Assembly (NCBI GenBank): GCA_965198115.1
Contig: OZ240241.1
Location: forward strand, 3,936,001 to 4,000,000
From: Candidatus Latescibacterota bacterium
GTDB lineage: Bacteria; Latescibacterota; UBA2968
Direction: 5' to 3'
DNA: 64,000 nt
In this document: positions 1 to 9,708 of the stretch, piece after piece
How the letters are laid out: the number at the start of each line of letters is the position of its first letter
How positions within the stretch are numbered: position 1 is the stretch's first letter
Notes under the pieces: generated by a model
Told to the model about the DNA's origin: nothing
What the model saw: the letters and a program-made list of their open reading frames with translations, nothing else
Databases searched by the model: none
Position numbers and translations under genes: made by a program

Positions 1-292
1 CCGTTCCTTTCACTTTTATCAATCTGTCTCCATCGCCAGGATTTAACTCTAAGACTTTTGCCCCACGATGCGAAACCGCTTCAGCCTGTTTAGCACTTGC
101 AGCGACTGTGCTTCAGCACCCACACTAACCCATTGCCACAAGGTCGCTTACGCGCAGCCCGAGCCAGCCTTTCCTGAACACCGAACACTGAACACCGGTT
201 GCGACCCCCCGCCCTCCACGCCATACTATGATGTACGCGACAGTTCGATCCGACCCGCAAGGTCGTCGTAAGCAGAACTGAGAAATGAACGC

Positions 293-1666
293 GAGCTATA
301 ATCAAAAGGTGTGGAAAAAGAGAAAGGGCGACCCTACCCTTCCCGTGAGATAGTTGATTCACACAAAACCGGGTGAGAGGCCCGGTTGGGAAGGAGGATC
401 GCCGTGAAGGAACATACGCATAGAGCCCCATTGAAGTCCATGCCGACGTGGGAGACGGTTGACGATTGGATCCGTGAAGAGATCCAGGGCCGGTTCCAGT
501 CCATTCTGGAGGAGGAGGCGACCGCGTTCTTGGGCCGGTCGTGGTATGAGCGCCGAGCCGAGGTCGATAGCTCCAGGGGCTACAGGAACGGCTACGGCAA
601 GCCCCGGCGTCTCTCGACGAGCTGCGGAACGATCAAGGTCCGGCGTCCCCGGGTTCGTGGTCTGGAAGAGCGGTTTGAAAGCCGCATCCTCCCCCTGTTC
701 GCCCGGAGAACCAGGGCCATTGGAGATCTGCTTCCCGACCTTTATCTCCACGGTCTCTCCCAGGGCGACTTCGAGTTGTCTTTGCGTGCGCTGCTCGGTG
801 ATGGCGCGCCGCTTTCGCCGACCTCGATCGCTCGTCTTCGAGGGAAGTGGGAGGTCGACTTCCAGGACTGGAAAGAAAGGCGTCTGGATAATCGCGAACT
901 GGTCTACGCCTGGGCTGATGGCATCTACGTCAAAGCCGGGCTCGAGCGCGAGAAGGCGTGTCTGCTGGTCGTGATCGGCGCGATGAGCGACGGCAGCAAG
1001 GAGATCCTGGCGATAGAACCCGGTTATCGAGAGTCTACAGAATCCTGGCTCACGGTGCTCCGGGATCTCCGGGATCGCGGGCTCGAACATCCTGTCCTGA
1101 TCGCCGCGGACGGGAATATGGGCATCTGGGCGGCCGTTGATCAGGTCTGGCCAGAGAGCCGGCAACAACGGTGCTGGAACCACAAGATCCTCAACGTGCT
1201 CGACAAGGTCGCCAAGCGTGCACAGGCTGAAGCCCGCGCACTGCTCGTCCAGATCCCCTATGCCGGCACGAAAAAGGAGGCCGAGAAGCTCCGGAAACGC
1301 TTTGCCGCACGGTATCGCTCACAGTTCCCTGCCGCCGTGGAGACGCTCGAAAGAGACTGGGATCGGATGGTCACGTTCTACGACTTCCCGAAGGAACACT
1401 GGAAACACCTGAGAACCACGAACGTCGTCGAGAGCCCCTTTGCTTCCGTTCGGCTTCGCACAAACGCCGCCAGGCGATTCAAGAAAGTCAGGAACGCCAC
1501 GACTCTCATCTGGCGTACGCTCAAGGTCGCAGAGAGCCGATTCAGGAAACTCACCGCGCCACACTTGCTACAACAAGTCTACGATCAGAAACACTCAACC
1601 GGACCGCAGGTCGAAGCCGGGAAGATGGCCGCCTGATTTCTTTTACACACCTATTGACCTGAACTC
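293..1666 (+). mobile_element. IS256-family element A, copy 1 (1374 bp)
   Basis: Imperfect terminal IRs GAGCTATAATCAAAAGGTGTGGAAAA / TTTTACACACCTATTGACCTGAACTC, defined by comparing four copies. No target duplication at this copy. Confidence 0.95.
386..1636 (+). CDS. IS256 (Mutator) family DDE transposase; true start probably GTG 404 or ATG 440
   Basis: RNGYGKPRRL, WADGIYVK, IAADG, QRCWNHK and RTTNVVES motifs. Confidence 0.95.
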   Translation: MGRRIAVKEHTHRAPLKSMPTWETVDDWIREEIQGRFQSILEEEATAFLGRSWYERRAEVDSSRGYRNGYGKPRRLSTSCGTIKVRRPRVRGLEERFESRILPLFARRTRAIGDLLPDLYLHGLSQGDFELSLRALLGDGAPLSPTSIARLRGKWEVDFQDWKERRLDNRELVYAWADGIYVKAGLEREKACLLVVIGAMSDGSKEILAIEPGYRESTESWLTVLRDLRDRGLEHPVLIAADGNMGIWAAVDQVWPESRQQRCWNHKILNVLDKVAKRAQAEARALLVQIPYAGTKKEAEKLRKRFAARYRSQFPAAVETLERDWDRMVTFYDFPKEHWKHLRTTNVVESPFASVRLRTNAARRFKKVRNATTLIWRTLKVAESRFRKLTAPHLLQQVYDQKHSTGPQVEAGKMAA

Positions 1667-2195
1667 TAATTCAGGCTATTGTCATCAACTGATCGCGCTT
1701 CATTCAAGATTTCCAGCGCCCGGCTTGACAATGGCACCCGATGGGGACGCTTGGCCTTCATGCGCTGGCCGGGGATGATCCATTCGCCTGTCTTCAAGTC
1801 GATTTCATCCCAAGTGGCAAGGCGAACCTCGCCGGAACGGCACGCGGTCAGCACCAGGAACTCGAAGGCCAGCTTGGCGGTGAGGGTCGCCGCCGAAGTC
1901 CGCACAGCCTCTATCGTCCCCGCGACCTCGCCATGGGGTAGCGCCAAGTGGTGGCGCTTGACGCCGTTATGCCGAGGCAACGCAGCGCCGATGGCGTCGC
2001 CGGCGGAGTTGTCATGCCGAAAGCCTTGGGCCACGGCCCACTTCATCACCGTGCTGATGCGCTGGCGCACCCGTCGCGCGGTTTCGGGTTTTTCATGCCA
2101 GATCGGCTCCAGGACCGCCAGCACGTCTGCTGTCGTCACCTCCGACACCGGCATCGCGCCGAGACGCGGGAACGCGTAGGCGTTCAGACTGGAAG
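1667..2195 (-). pseudogene. P4/IntA-like tyrosine integrase, internal fragment truncated at IS256 copy 1
   Basis: EPIWHEKPETARRVRQRI, LTACRSGEVRLATWDEID and RMKAKRPHRVPLS are present. The N-terminal arm domain and the HxxR/Y catalytic end are missing. Confidence 0.85.
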
Positions 2196-2542
2196 GCCCG
2201 AGAAACAGGCCGCTCGATATGATCGGTTACACCAGCGTGACCTGGAGACACGGTCCAGGCTCGGAGGACCATCGGGTTTGGTGATTTTGTGATCTTTGCC
2301 AACGCCTTCGGCAAGGAAACTTCGTCAAACTGACGACCTGTGCGTTTTGACGTCTTTCAAGATACATTGGCCGTTTACGGGCGACCTGCCTGCAGTGGCG
2401 TGGTCCACTGCCTTAGAAGGGACAAGGGCATTGAGGATCTCAGGGAAGATGTTCAGGAGCTCCAACGAGAACGAGATGAGGTCGTAGAGGTTCTGGCTTC
2501 GAAGATTGCTGCCCGGCGTTCATTAGTTCCGTGCATAAATAA

Positions 2543-3962
2543 GGCTCTATCCGGGTTTCTCAACGGTGAAACTGTAGAATGACAAGGTCATAGATCGTTC
2601 CCTACGCTTGGTTGTGTGTGTAGGACAATCAAAGCGAAGGGGGTGCGACCTATGACCGGGAGCAGATTACTATCGAAACTGCTGAGATTCAAGGGGTTCC
2701 GTGTTGTCAGCTGGTGGTTTGAGGGGAGAAGCTGTTTCGTCATCGCCGTAAAGCCACATAAGAATGGTTGTTGTTGTCCGGAGTGCGGCCGTCGAGGTAA
2801 AATCGTCCGCACAATGCCCCATCCGCGTCGGTGGCGTGACATTCCGGTGTGCGGGTGGAGGGTCTGGCTTCTCTACCATCCTCGGGAGATTCGGTGTCCT
2901 ACCCACGGTCGTGTGGTCGAGGAGATTCCGTGGGCGGAGCGGTTCTCTCGGGTGACGTATCGCTTCGAGTATGCCATGCTGCGCTACTGCCAGACCATGA
3001 CGCAGAAGGCGGCGTCCGAGTTACTGCGCATCTCTGCCTCGACGCTGTCGGATCTCCGTCACCGATCCATCACGCGGCTTCGTGAAGGTCATCGTATCCG
3101 AGGGCTCAAAACCATCGGGATCGACGAGATCTCCTACGCCAAGCGTCACAGGTACGCCACGCTCGTTTACGATCTGGACCGCTCCTGCGTGGTGTGGGTT
3201 GGCCGCGGCAGGGCGCGTAAAACGATCGATCGGTTCTTCACAGAGGCTCTCAGTCCCTACCAGAGATCCAAGATCGAGTGGGCCTGCTGCGACATGAGCG
3301 AAGCTTACATCGGAGCCATCCAGGAACACTGTCCGAATGCCAAGCTGGTCCTCGATCGCTTTCACATCGTCAAGGCTCTCAATGCCGCCGTTGACGAGGT
3401 CCGTAAGGACCAGTGGCGTGAAGCTGCCCCGGATGAGCGCAAAGCCATGAAGGGCCTCCGATGGCTCCTCTACCGGCACTCAGCGACACGCTCCAGAGGG
3501 GATACTCGGACACTCAAAGCACTGGAGAAGGCGAACTACCGAATCTATAGAGCCTGGAGACTCAAGGACGAGTTCGAGCAGTTCTGGGAATACAAAGCGC
3601 CCTGGGCTGCCGAACGCTTCCTGAAATGCTGGACGACGTCCGCACTCAGAAGTCGACTTGAACCCCTGCGAAAGTTCGTCAGGACCCTGCGACAGCACTT
3701 CTTCGGCGTCCTCGCATTCGTGAACACGCGTCTTACCAACGCCATCGCCGAAGGCCTCAACCGAATCGTCCAAATCGTCAAGAACCGAGCCAGCGGATTC
3801 CGCACACTCGACGCATTCAACGATATGATCTTCCTTACCGTCGGAGACATAAACATCCCTGAGCAGATTCCGAAGAGGTTCCGCACACTCTAACCGCGCC
3901 CCCATGCCAGGAACCACGGCACCTTCACCCACTTCATCTCGTTGAGAGATCCGGATATAGCC
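2543..3962 (+). mobile_element. ISL3-family element (1420 bp)
   Basis: IR GGCTCTATCCGGGTTTCTCAACG / CGTTGAGAGATCCGGATATAGCC; 8-bp TSD ATAAATAA at 2535-2542 and 3963-3970. Confidence 0.95.
2652..3893 (+). CDS. ISL3 family transposase
   Basis: Zinc finger CPECG...CPTHG; IGIDE, CDMSEAY, DRFHIVK and TNAIAEGLN motifs. Confidence 0.95.
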   Translation: MTGSRLLSKLLRFKGFRVVSWWFEGRSCFVIAVKPHKNGCCCPECGRRGKIVRTMPHPRRWRDIPVCGWRVWLLYHPREIRCPTHGRVVEEIPWAERFSRVTYRFEYAMLRYCQTMTQKAASELLRISASTLSDLRHRSITRLREGHRIRGLKTIGIDEISYAKRHRYATLVYDLDRSCVVWVGRGRARKTIDRFFTEALSPYQRSKIEWACCDMSEAYIGAIQEHCPNAKLVLDRFHIVKALNAAVDEVRKDQWREAAPDERKAMKGLRWLLYRHSATRSRGDTRTLKALEKANYRIYRAWRLKDEFEQFWEYKAPWAAERFLKCWTTSALRSRLEPLRKFVRTLRQHFFGVLAFVNTRLTNAIAEGLNRIVQIVKNRASGFRTLDAFNDMIFLTVGDINIPEQIPKRFRTL

Positions 3963-4249
3963 ATAAATAAGCACACAAAAAATCACCCCCATTAGCCCTT
4001 CCGGGAGCCCCACCAGAGCCTGTCCGGGAGCCCTTCAGAAGTGGGACACCATAGGAGTGGTACACCTTGGGGCCGTCTTTTGGTTCATAACTACAGTATT
4101 CGATACGACTTAGATGTGGTACACTCCCGGAAGCGTACCACAAGCGTTTCGGGAGCTTTTATCGGCATGATCCGTTCATTAGTTCCGTGCATAATAAGCA
4201 CACAAAAAATCACGGCTCGATGATCCGATCCGATTCGAGGGAAGAAATT

Positions 4250-4774
4250 ATGACCACAAGACAGAAGACGGCTCAGATTGAGGAACGTCGCGACGAGGTG
4301 ATGAGGCTCATGCTGGGTGGTGCAAACCATCAGATAGTACGTCAGACGGGCATCTCGCACGGGACAGTACAACGGGACATCAATGCCCGCCTGGAGGGTG
4401 CAGCTGTTCAGTGTCCAGATACGACCCAATACCGCCAGCTGCAACGGGAGCGGCTCAACCAGATGCTCGTCAAGCTGTGGCCGCTGGCAATGGCGAAAGT
4501 ACCCGATCTGTCAGCCATCGCCATCATTCTCAAGCTCCTGGGGCGTGAGGCAAAGCTGCTCGGCCTGGATGCTGCGCCGGAGATGGTCGAACACACCGGT
4601 TCAGAGGGGAAGGACATAACCGTCACCTACGTCTTGCCCGACGGTAAGACGGTGGAGGATTATGACGATGAGGCCGTGGCAATGGAGCGTATATTGCCAA
4701 GGCGGGTTGAGCCTGTGGACCTACCCTTGATGCCGAGGCTTGGGCGATCCGAGGCTGTCGATCCAGGTGACTGA
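4250..4774 (+). CDS. HTH protein resembling a phage terminase small subunit
   Basis: N-terminal HTH (IVRQTGISHGTVQRDI) followed by RERLNQML..LWP.A, AI..ILKLLGREAKLLGLDA and VEHTGSEG, a pattern typical of TerS-like phage proteins. Confidence 0.6.
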   Translation: MTTRQKTAQIEERRDEVMRLMLGGANHQIVRQTGISHGTVQRDINARLEGAAVQCPDTTQYRQLQRERLNQMLVKLWPLAMAKVPDLSAIAIILKLLGREAKLLGLDAAPEMVEHTGSEGKDITVTYVLPDGKTVEDYDDEAVAMERILPRRVEPVDLPLMPRLGRSEAVDPGD

Positions 4775-4885
4775 CGGGTGGAGGTAGCTGGTTCGGCGCT
4801 ACAGGTGCACGCTCTGTCAGGTCGTCAAAGGCTCCCCTTGGGGGCCACCGAGCCGCAGGTCCTCGGGAAACGTAAGGAGGTCGTT

Positions 4886-6385
4886 ATGTCGAGAAGTTTT
4901 CGTCGTGTGATTGTGGTGGTGCTTGCCGGCGGGGTGTTATGGAGTTGTGGCAGCGAGCGTGTGACGGTGTCAGAGGGGGGTCAGGGGGCTGGCGAGCAGG
5001 TTAGGCGGTCCTTGAGCAAGGCGGCTGTCGACAGGGGCGTGACGCAGGCCGTGGTGGTGGTGACGGTGCGCGAAGATGGGATGCCTGTGCCCGGTGCGGC
5101 TGTGGAGTTCTCGCGATCTATCTCCGGGCGGTCGGCCCAGTATGCGTGGTCGGACACGACGGATGAGGCGGGCCGGGCGCGGGTGGCGCTTGGTGAAAAT
5201 GCGACCGGTTACTACCAGGCACGTGCGTGGCAGGACGGAAACCTGCTGGGGAGGTGGTCGAGCATCCCGATCAACGGCGGGTATGAGGTGCTGCTCGATC
5301 TGGCCGTTGGGGGGAAGGCGCGCGTGACGGGTTCATCGCTTCTGTCCTCAGCGCCCGAAGAGATCGCCGTGGGCGTCGTCGTGTCCCTGACCGGTCCCAA
5401 TGCGTTGTACGGCCTGTCGGTGAGGGACGGTTTTGAGCTTGCGCTCGAAGAGGTCAACGGATCAGGTCTCATCGCCCCCAAAATCCGGTTCATCGTCGAG
5501 GACTATCGAGGCACGGCTGCGGGTGCGGTGGAAACGTTCGGTAAGCTGATCCACCAAGACAGGGTGCCCGTGATCTTGGGTCCGGGCATCTCCACGGCGG
5601 CGGTGGAGGCATTTCCGATCGCGCAAGATAATCAGGTGGTGGCGTTCAGCTCGATCTCGTCGGCGGCGGGGTTGAGCGCGATCGGCGATTTCATCTTCCG
5701 TGCGAGTCTTACCGTCGATAGGATGGTGCCGGTCGGCGTGGCGACGACCCGGGAGAAGCTGGGGTATCAGAGGGTGGCCGTGCTGTACGATCGGATCGAT
5801 CTCTATTCCCAGAGCGGCTATGAGGCGTTGACGGAAGCGTTCGCGGACAACGGCGTCGAGGTTGTCGCGACCGAGACGTTCGAGACGGGCGACACCGATT
5901 TTTCGGCGCAACTGACGCGGATAGAGGCGCTCGACCCGGATGCCGTTTTCGTCTCGGCCTTGTCGCCGGAGATGACCTTGATCCTGATCCAAGGTCGTGA
6001 CCTGGGCACTTCCCTTATCATCCTCGAGATGACGATCGACGAGGTCAAAGCGGCCGGTGCGGCCGCCGAAGGCGCCATCACGTTTACTTCGTGGATTCAC
6101 ACGGCCTCGACACCCGGGAACCAGGCTTTTGTCCAAAAGTATGAGGAGACATACGGGCAAAACCCGAACCCTTGGGCGGCGCAGTCGTATGCCGCGGTGC
6201 ATGTTTTGGCAGAAGCGCTCGCGAAGGGAAAATCGACGGATGCGCGCGCGATCCGGGCGGCGATGGCCGACATCCGGGATTTCAACACGGTCCTAGGGTC
6301 ATTCTCTTTCGATGCCGACGGCGACGCGATCTACGACCCCATCATCCTGGTCGTCAGGGACGGCGGGCTTGAGGTCTTCGAATAA
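4886..6385 (+). CDS. Branched-chain amino acid ABC substrate-binding lipoprotein (LivK/PBP1) with an extra N-terminal Ig/carboxypeptidase-regulatory-like domain
   Basis: RBS AAGGAGG; lipobox LWSC; IAVGVVVSLTG, FIVEDYRG, TDFSAQLTRI, AAQSYAAV and GSFSFDADGD motifs. Confidence 0.85.
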   Translation: MSRSFRRVIVVVLAGGVLWSCGSERVTVSEGGQGAGEQVRRSLSKAAVDRGVTQAVVVVTVREDGMPVPGAAVEFSRSISGRSAQYAWSDTTDEAGRARVALGENATGYYQARAWQDGNLLGRWSSIPINGGYEVLLDLAVGGKARVTGSSLLSSAPEEIAVGVVVSLTGPNALYGLSVRDGFELALEEVNGSGLIAPKIRFIVEDYRGTAAGAVETFGKLIHQDRVPVILGPGISTAAVEAFPIAQDNQVVAFSSISSAAGLSAIGDFIFRASLTVDRMVPVGVATTREKLGYQRVAVLYDRIDLYSQSGYEALTEAFADNGVEVVATETFETGDTDFSAQLTRIEALDPDAVFVSALSPEMTLILIQGRDLGTSLIILEMTIDEVKAAGAAAEGAITFTSWIHTASTPGNQAFVQKYEETYGQNPNPWAAQSYAAVHVLAEALAKGKSTDARAIRAAMADIRDFNTVLGSFSFDADGDAIYDPIILVVRDGGLEVFE

Positions 6386-6443
6386 ACCGTGCCACACCAG
6401 TGGCATCGGGAGCGCAAGGCAAAAGCAAAATAGGGGGGAGCCC

Positions 6444-7796
6444 ATGGAACAGTCTGGCAAGCCGCCGGGAGCGGCCAGCGGAGAACCGACGCTTCGGCGC
6501 AGCATAGGGTTGTGGCAAATGACGCTCTACGGAGCGGGCAGCATGCTGGGCGCCGGCATCTACGGTTTGCTGGGGCAGGTTGCTGCCGAGATGGGTTCTG
6601 CGATCTGGTTGGCCTTCGCGCTATCCATGGTCGCGGCGGGGCTGACGGGGTTGTCCTATGCCTCGCTCGGCTCGCGCTACCCGCGCGCGGGCGGTGCGGC
6701 TTATATTACCCACCGCGCCTATCGCCGCACCCTGCTGACCCATGTCGTAGGCCTCAGCGTGGCGTGTTCCGGCTTCACTTCGATCGCCGCCGGCGCGCGC
6801 GTCGTGGGTGAGAACCTGCAGGCCTTACCCGCTCTCCAAGGTCTGCCGACCGGCATGCTGGCCTTCATCTATCTCATCTTCGTGGGTGCCCTCGTCTACC
6901 GCGGTATCCGGGAATCCATGTGGGCCAATGTCGTCTTCACATTGGTGGAAGCGGCGGGCCTGCTGTTCGTGATCGCAGTCTGCCTGCGTTTCTGGGGTTC
7001 GGCGAACCTGATGGAGTTTCCTTCCCTTCCGGAGACCGAGGCGGGCCTTCCCCTCGTGTTCCTGGTCCAGGGAGTCGTGCTCACCTTCTATTCCTTCCTC
7101 GGGTTCGAAGATGCGATCAACGTCGGCGAGGAATTAAAGAATCCGCGGCGTAACATGCCGCTCGGTCTCGTGTCGGCCCTGGTGCTGACCGTCCTCATCT
7201 ACATGGGCGTGTCGATCAGCGCGGTCTCGGTGGTGCCGTGGCAGGTATTGGCGGAGGCCAATGCGCCGCTGGTCGAAGTCGTGGCGCGCGCGGCGCCCTG
7301 GTTCCCGGCCTGGATGTTCATTGCGATTACCATCTTCGCGGTGGCGAATACCGGGCTGATCAACTATGTGACCGCCTCACGTCTCCTGTATGGCATGGCG
7401 CGCGACGGACAGCTGCCGCGAGTTCTCTGCAAGGTCCATCCGGCGCGCCGCACGCCCCATGTCGCTGTGGCGCTCATCTTTGCGGTGATCGTGCTCTTGA
7501 TCCTGTCGGGCGACATTTCGCAGCTGGCTTCGGCTACGGTGCTCCTCCTCCTTCTGGTGTTCTCGGTCGTAAACAGTGCGCTTGTCATCCTGAAGCTCAG
7601 ACCCGGTGAACCCGAGGGCGGCTTCGAGCTGCCGATCGCCGTGCCCGCACTCGGCGCGGTCGTCTGCTTCGCGATGTTCGCGGCCCGGGTCGGGGCTGGC
7701 GACTGGCGGGCGCCGGCGATCGCGGGCGTCCTGCTCGCGGGTGTCCTCGTGCTCCATCTCCTGCTCCGTCCACAGCTCTCCAAGAGTGGCGAATAG
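6444..7796 (+). CDS. APC family amino acid permease
   Basis: LRRSIGLW..YGAGSMLGAGIY, SYASLGSRYPRAGG, FLGFE and SRLLYGMARDG; many TM helices. Confidence 0.92.
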   Translation: MEQSGKPPGAASGEPTLRRSIGLWQMTLYGAGSMLGAGIYGLLGQVAAEMGSAIWLAFALSMVAAGLTGLSYASLGSRYPRAGGAAYITHRAYRRTLLTHVVGLSVACSGFTSIAAGARVVGENLQALPALQGLPTGMLAFIYLIFVGALVYRGIRESMWANVVFTLVEAAGLLFVIAVCLRFWGSANLMEFPSLPETEAGLPLVFLVQGVVLTFYSFLGFEDAINVGEELKNPRRNMPLGLVSALVLTVLIYMGVSISAVSVVPWQVLAEANAPLVEVVARAAPWFPAWMFIAITIFAVANTGLINYVTASRLLYGMARDGQLPRVLCKVHPARRTPHVAVALIFAVIVLLILSGDISQLASATVLLLLLVFSVVNSALVILKLRPGEPEGGFELPIAVPALGAVVCFAMFAARVGAGDWRAPAIAGVLLAGVLVLHLLLRPQLSKSGE

Positions 7797-7959
7797 CGTG
7801 CGTGGTGGTTGTGCGATGAGGTGTTCGGCGGCGGTCGGACTCGTCGGAGGGACATTCTAGGGGTAGGGGGCCTGCTCCGTCCCAGACCTCGATACCGCCG
7901 TATGCAAAGCGTGGCACGGGCGGCGCGGGCCGACACTGTTGAGCTCTCGCTGGCCCGCC

Positions 7960-8135
7960 TTACCCCGGGTCTTCTCGGAGATTCCCGCGGGAGGTCGCCG
8001 GGGATCAGGCCGACGGCCTGAAGTTCCTCGATGAAGCCGAACATCGCCCTCCTCGATCCGGTCGGGATAGAGGATCCCGTCGAGATGGTCGCACTCATGC
8101 TGGATGATGCGCGCGTGAAACTCCTCCGCCTTCCC
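7960..8135 (-). pseudogene. def: Peptide deformylase C-terminal fragment
   Basis: [18 protein letters not shown] (QHExDHLxG motif), then a frameshift into FGFIEEL; 5' part absent. Confidence 0.7.
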
Positions 8136-8170
8136 CAAACAGAAGGACCTATCACACCGAAGGGTAAGCG

Positions 8171-8437
8171 ATGAGCCTGATCGTTTCGGAAGTCTATGAT
8201 GCGCTGATCGAGGCCGGCGCGTCCGAGGAGAAGGCGAAGGCCGCGGCGGGGGCGATCCCTCTGGCCGAGCGGCTGGCCACGAAGGAGGACCTGGTCGAAC
8301 TGATAGCTGCTATCGACGGGCGGTTCGCCAAGGTCGACGAGCGGTTCGCCAAAGTCGAGCGCGACCTGGCGGTGCTCAAGTTCGGGTATGGTCCCGTGAT
8401 CGTGGGGTTGCTGATCAAGATCGCCTTTTTCTCGTAG
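8171..8437 (+). CDS. Small coiled-coil membrane-anchored protein (DUF1640/CCDC90-like)
   Basis: [25 protein letters not shown], tandem RFAKVD/E heptads (21-nt repeat) and a C-terminal TM segment. Confidence 0.65.
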   Translation: MSLIVSEVYDALIEAGASEEKAKAAAGAIPLAERLATKEDLVELIAAIDGRFAKVDERFAKVERDLAVLKFGYGPVIVGLLIKIAFFS

Positions 8438-9603
8438 ATGCCGCGCAGCCAGATCATCGCCAGAGAATCCCGGACGCGGACCTACCGGGGTCGGCCTGCC
8501 TCCCTCTACTACACGGTCGTGCCGGTTGACGGGACGCCGAAGTGGGAGACGGTGGAGCCGTCTGTCGCCGGCCGTCCCGCGACGCGCAAGGACGCGGAGA
8601 CGTCGCTGGCAAAACGCCTAAAAGATCTCCACGACGGGAAGCTCCGGGTTCGCGCGGACCTCACCTTCGCCGCTTTCTCACAGATCTGGCTCGAGGACTA
8701 CGCCCGGGCCGAAGTCGCCCCCCCGCACGCTCGACACCTACCGCTCCCACTTCAAGAAGAACATCTTTCCCGCGATTGGCTCCAAGCGGATCGACGCGCC
8801 CAGGTCGTCCAGCGCTTCAAGGCGAGCCTGTCCCACCTGTCTGCCGAGACGGTGCGCAAGCACCTGTCCCTCCTGCGTCAGATGTTCAACCACGCCATCG
8901 AGTGGGGCTACTGTGTACAAAATCCGGCGCGCAAGGTCCGGCTGCCCACGGTGCGCCGCCGCCGGGTGAAGCCCTGGAATCCTGCTGAGCTCAGGCAGTT
9001 TCTAAACGCCGTTCCCGAAGACTGGTATGCCTACTTCCTGTGCGTGGTGTCGGGGGGATTGAGGGTCGGCGAGTCGCTGGCGATGCGGTGGAGGAACCTC
9101 GACTGGGAGGGCGGGCGCTACCACGTGAAGGAGAGCGTCAGGCGGGACGGTGGGCCCTCCAAAAACCGCCACCTCGATCGCCTGGGTGGACCTGATGCCC
9201 GAGGCGATCAGGGCGCTAGAAGCCCACAGAGCCCGCCAGAGCGAACGGAAGATCGGGGCCGGGGGGACACCCAGGATCTCATCTTCTGCACCCGCTACGG
9301 CAAGCTCCTGCACGACCGCAACGTCGTCAACCGGATCTATCTTCCATCTATATCGAAAGGCCCAACGAGAGGGCCAGGCGGGAAGGCGGCCCCGAGCTCA
9401 GGCGGCTCCCGTTCCATTACCTCCGCCACGCCTGCGCCTCTTTGATGATCACGGCGAACGAGAACCCGAAAAAGATCCAGGAGCAGATGCGGCACGCCTC
9501 GATCACGATGACCTACGACATCTACGGCCACCTCCTCCTGGAGGCCGCCGGCCACGAAGCCGGGCCCGGGTCCAGGATCGGCAAGATGCTGTTCAAAACG
9601 TAG
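8438..9603 (+). pseudogene. Tyrosine recombinase/integrase, multiply frameshifted
   Basis: GLRVGESLAMRW in frame 1; RFHYLRHACAS...HASITMTYDIYGH in a shifted frame ending at TAG 9603. Confidence 0.85.
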
Positions 9604-9708
9604 AATCGGAGGAGATCGTTGCGGGTCATCCCCCGGGACTGTTCTGGAATTGGATTGAATCCGCTCACGAAACGCGCACTTGAGCCGCGCGAAGGCTGGG
9701 AAAATCCG

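Larger units (their letters stand above)
2517..4213 (+). repeat. 41-42-bp direct repeat CGTTCATTAGTTCCGTGCATAA(A)TAAGCACACAAAAAATCAC; copy 1 (2517-2542 + 3971-3986) split by ISL3, copy 2 at 4173-4213
   Basis: Direct alignment after removing ISL3 and one TSD copy. Confidence 0.85.

Noticed and set aside
359-1183. 274-aa antisense ORF repeated in the IS256-A copies
   Set aside because: Shadow of the transposase in GC-rich DNA; its conservation reflects copy identity only.
4181-4213. dif/Xer-like site (TTCCGTGCATAA-TAAGCA-...)
   Set aside because: The left arm resembles a XerC arm, but the right arm lacks the TTATGT XerD signature.
2517-4213. CRISPR array from the 41-bp repeats
   Set aside because: Only two copies, a spacer of about 186 bp, and no cas genes.
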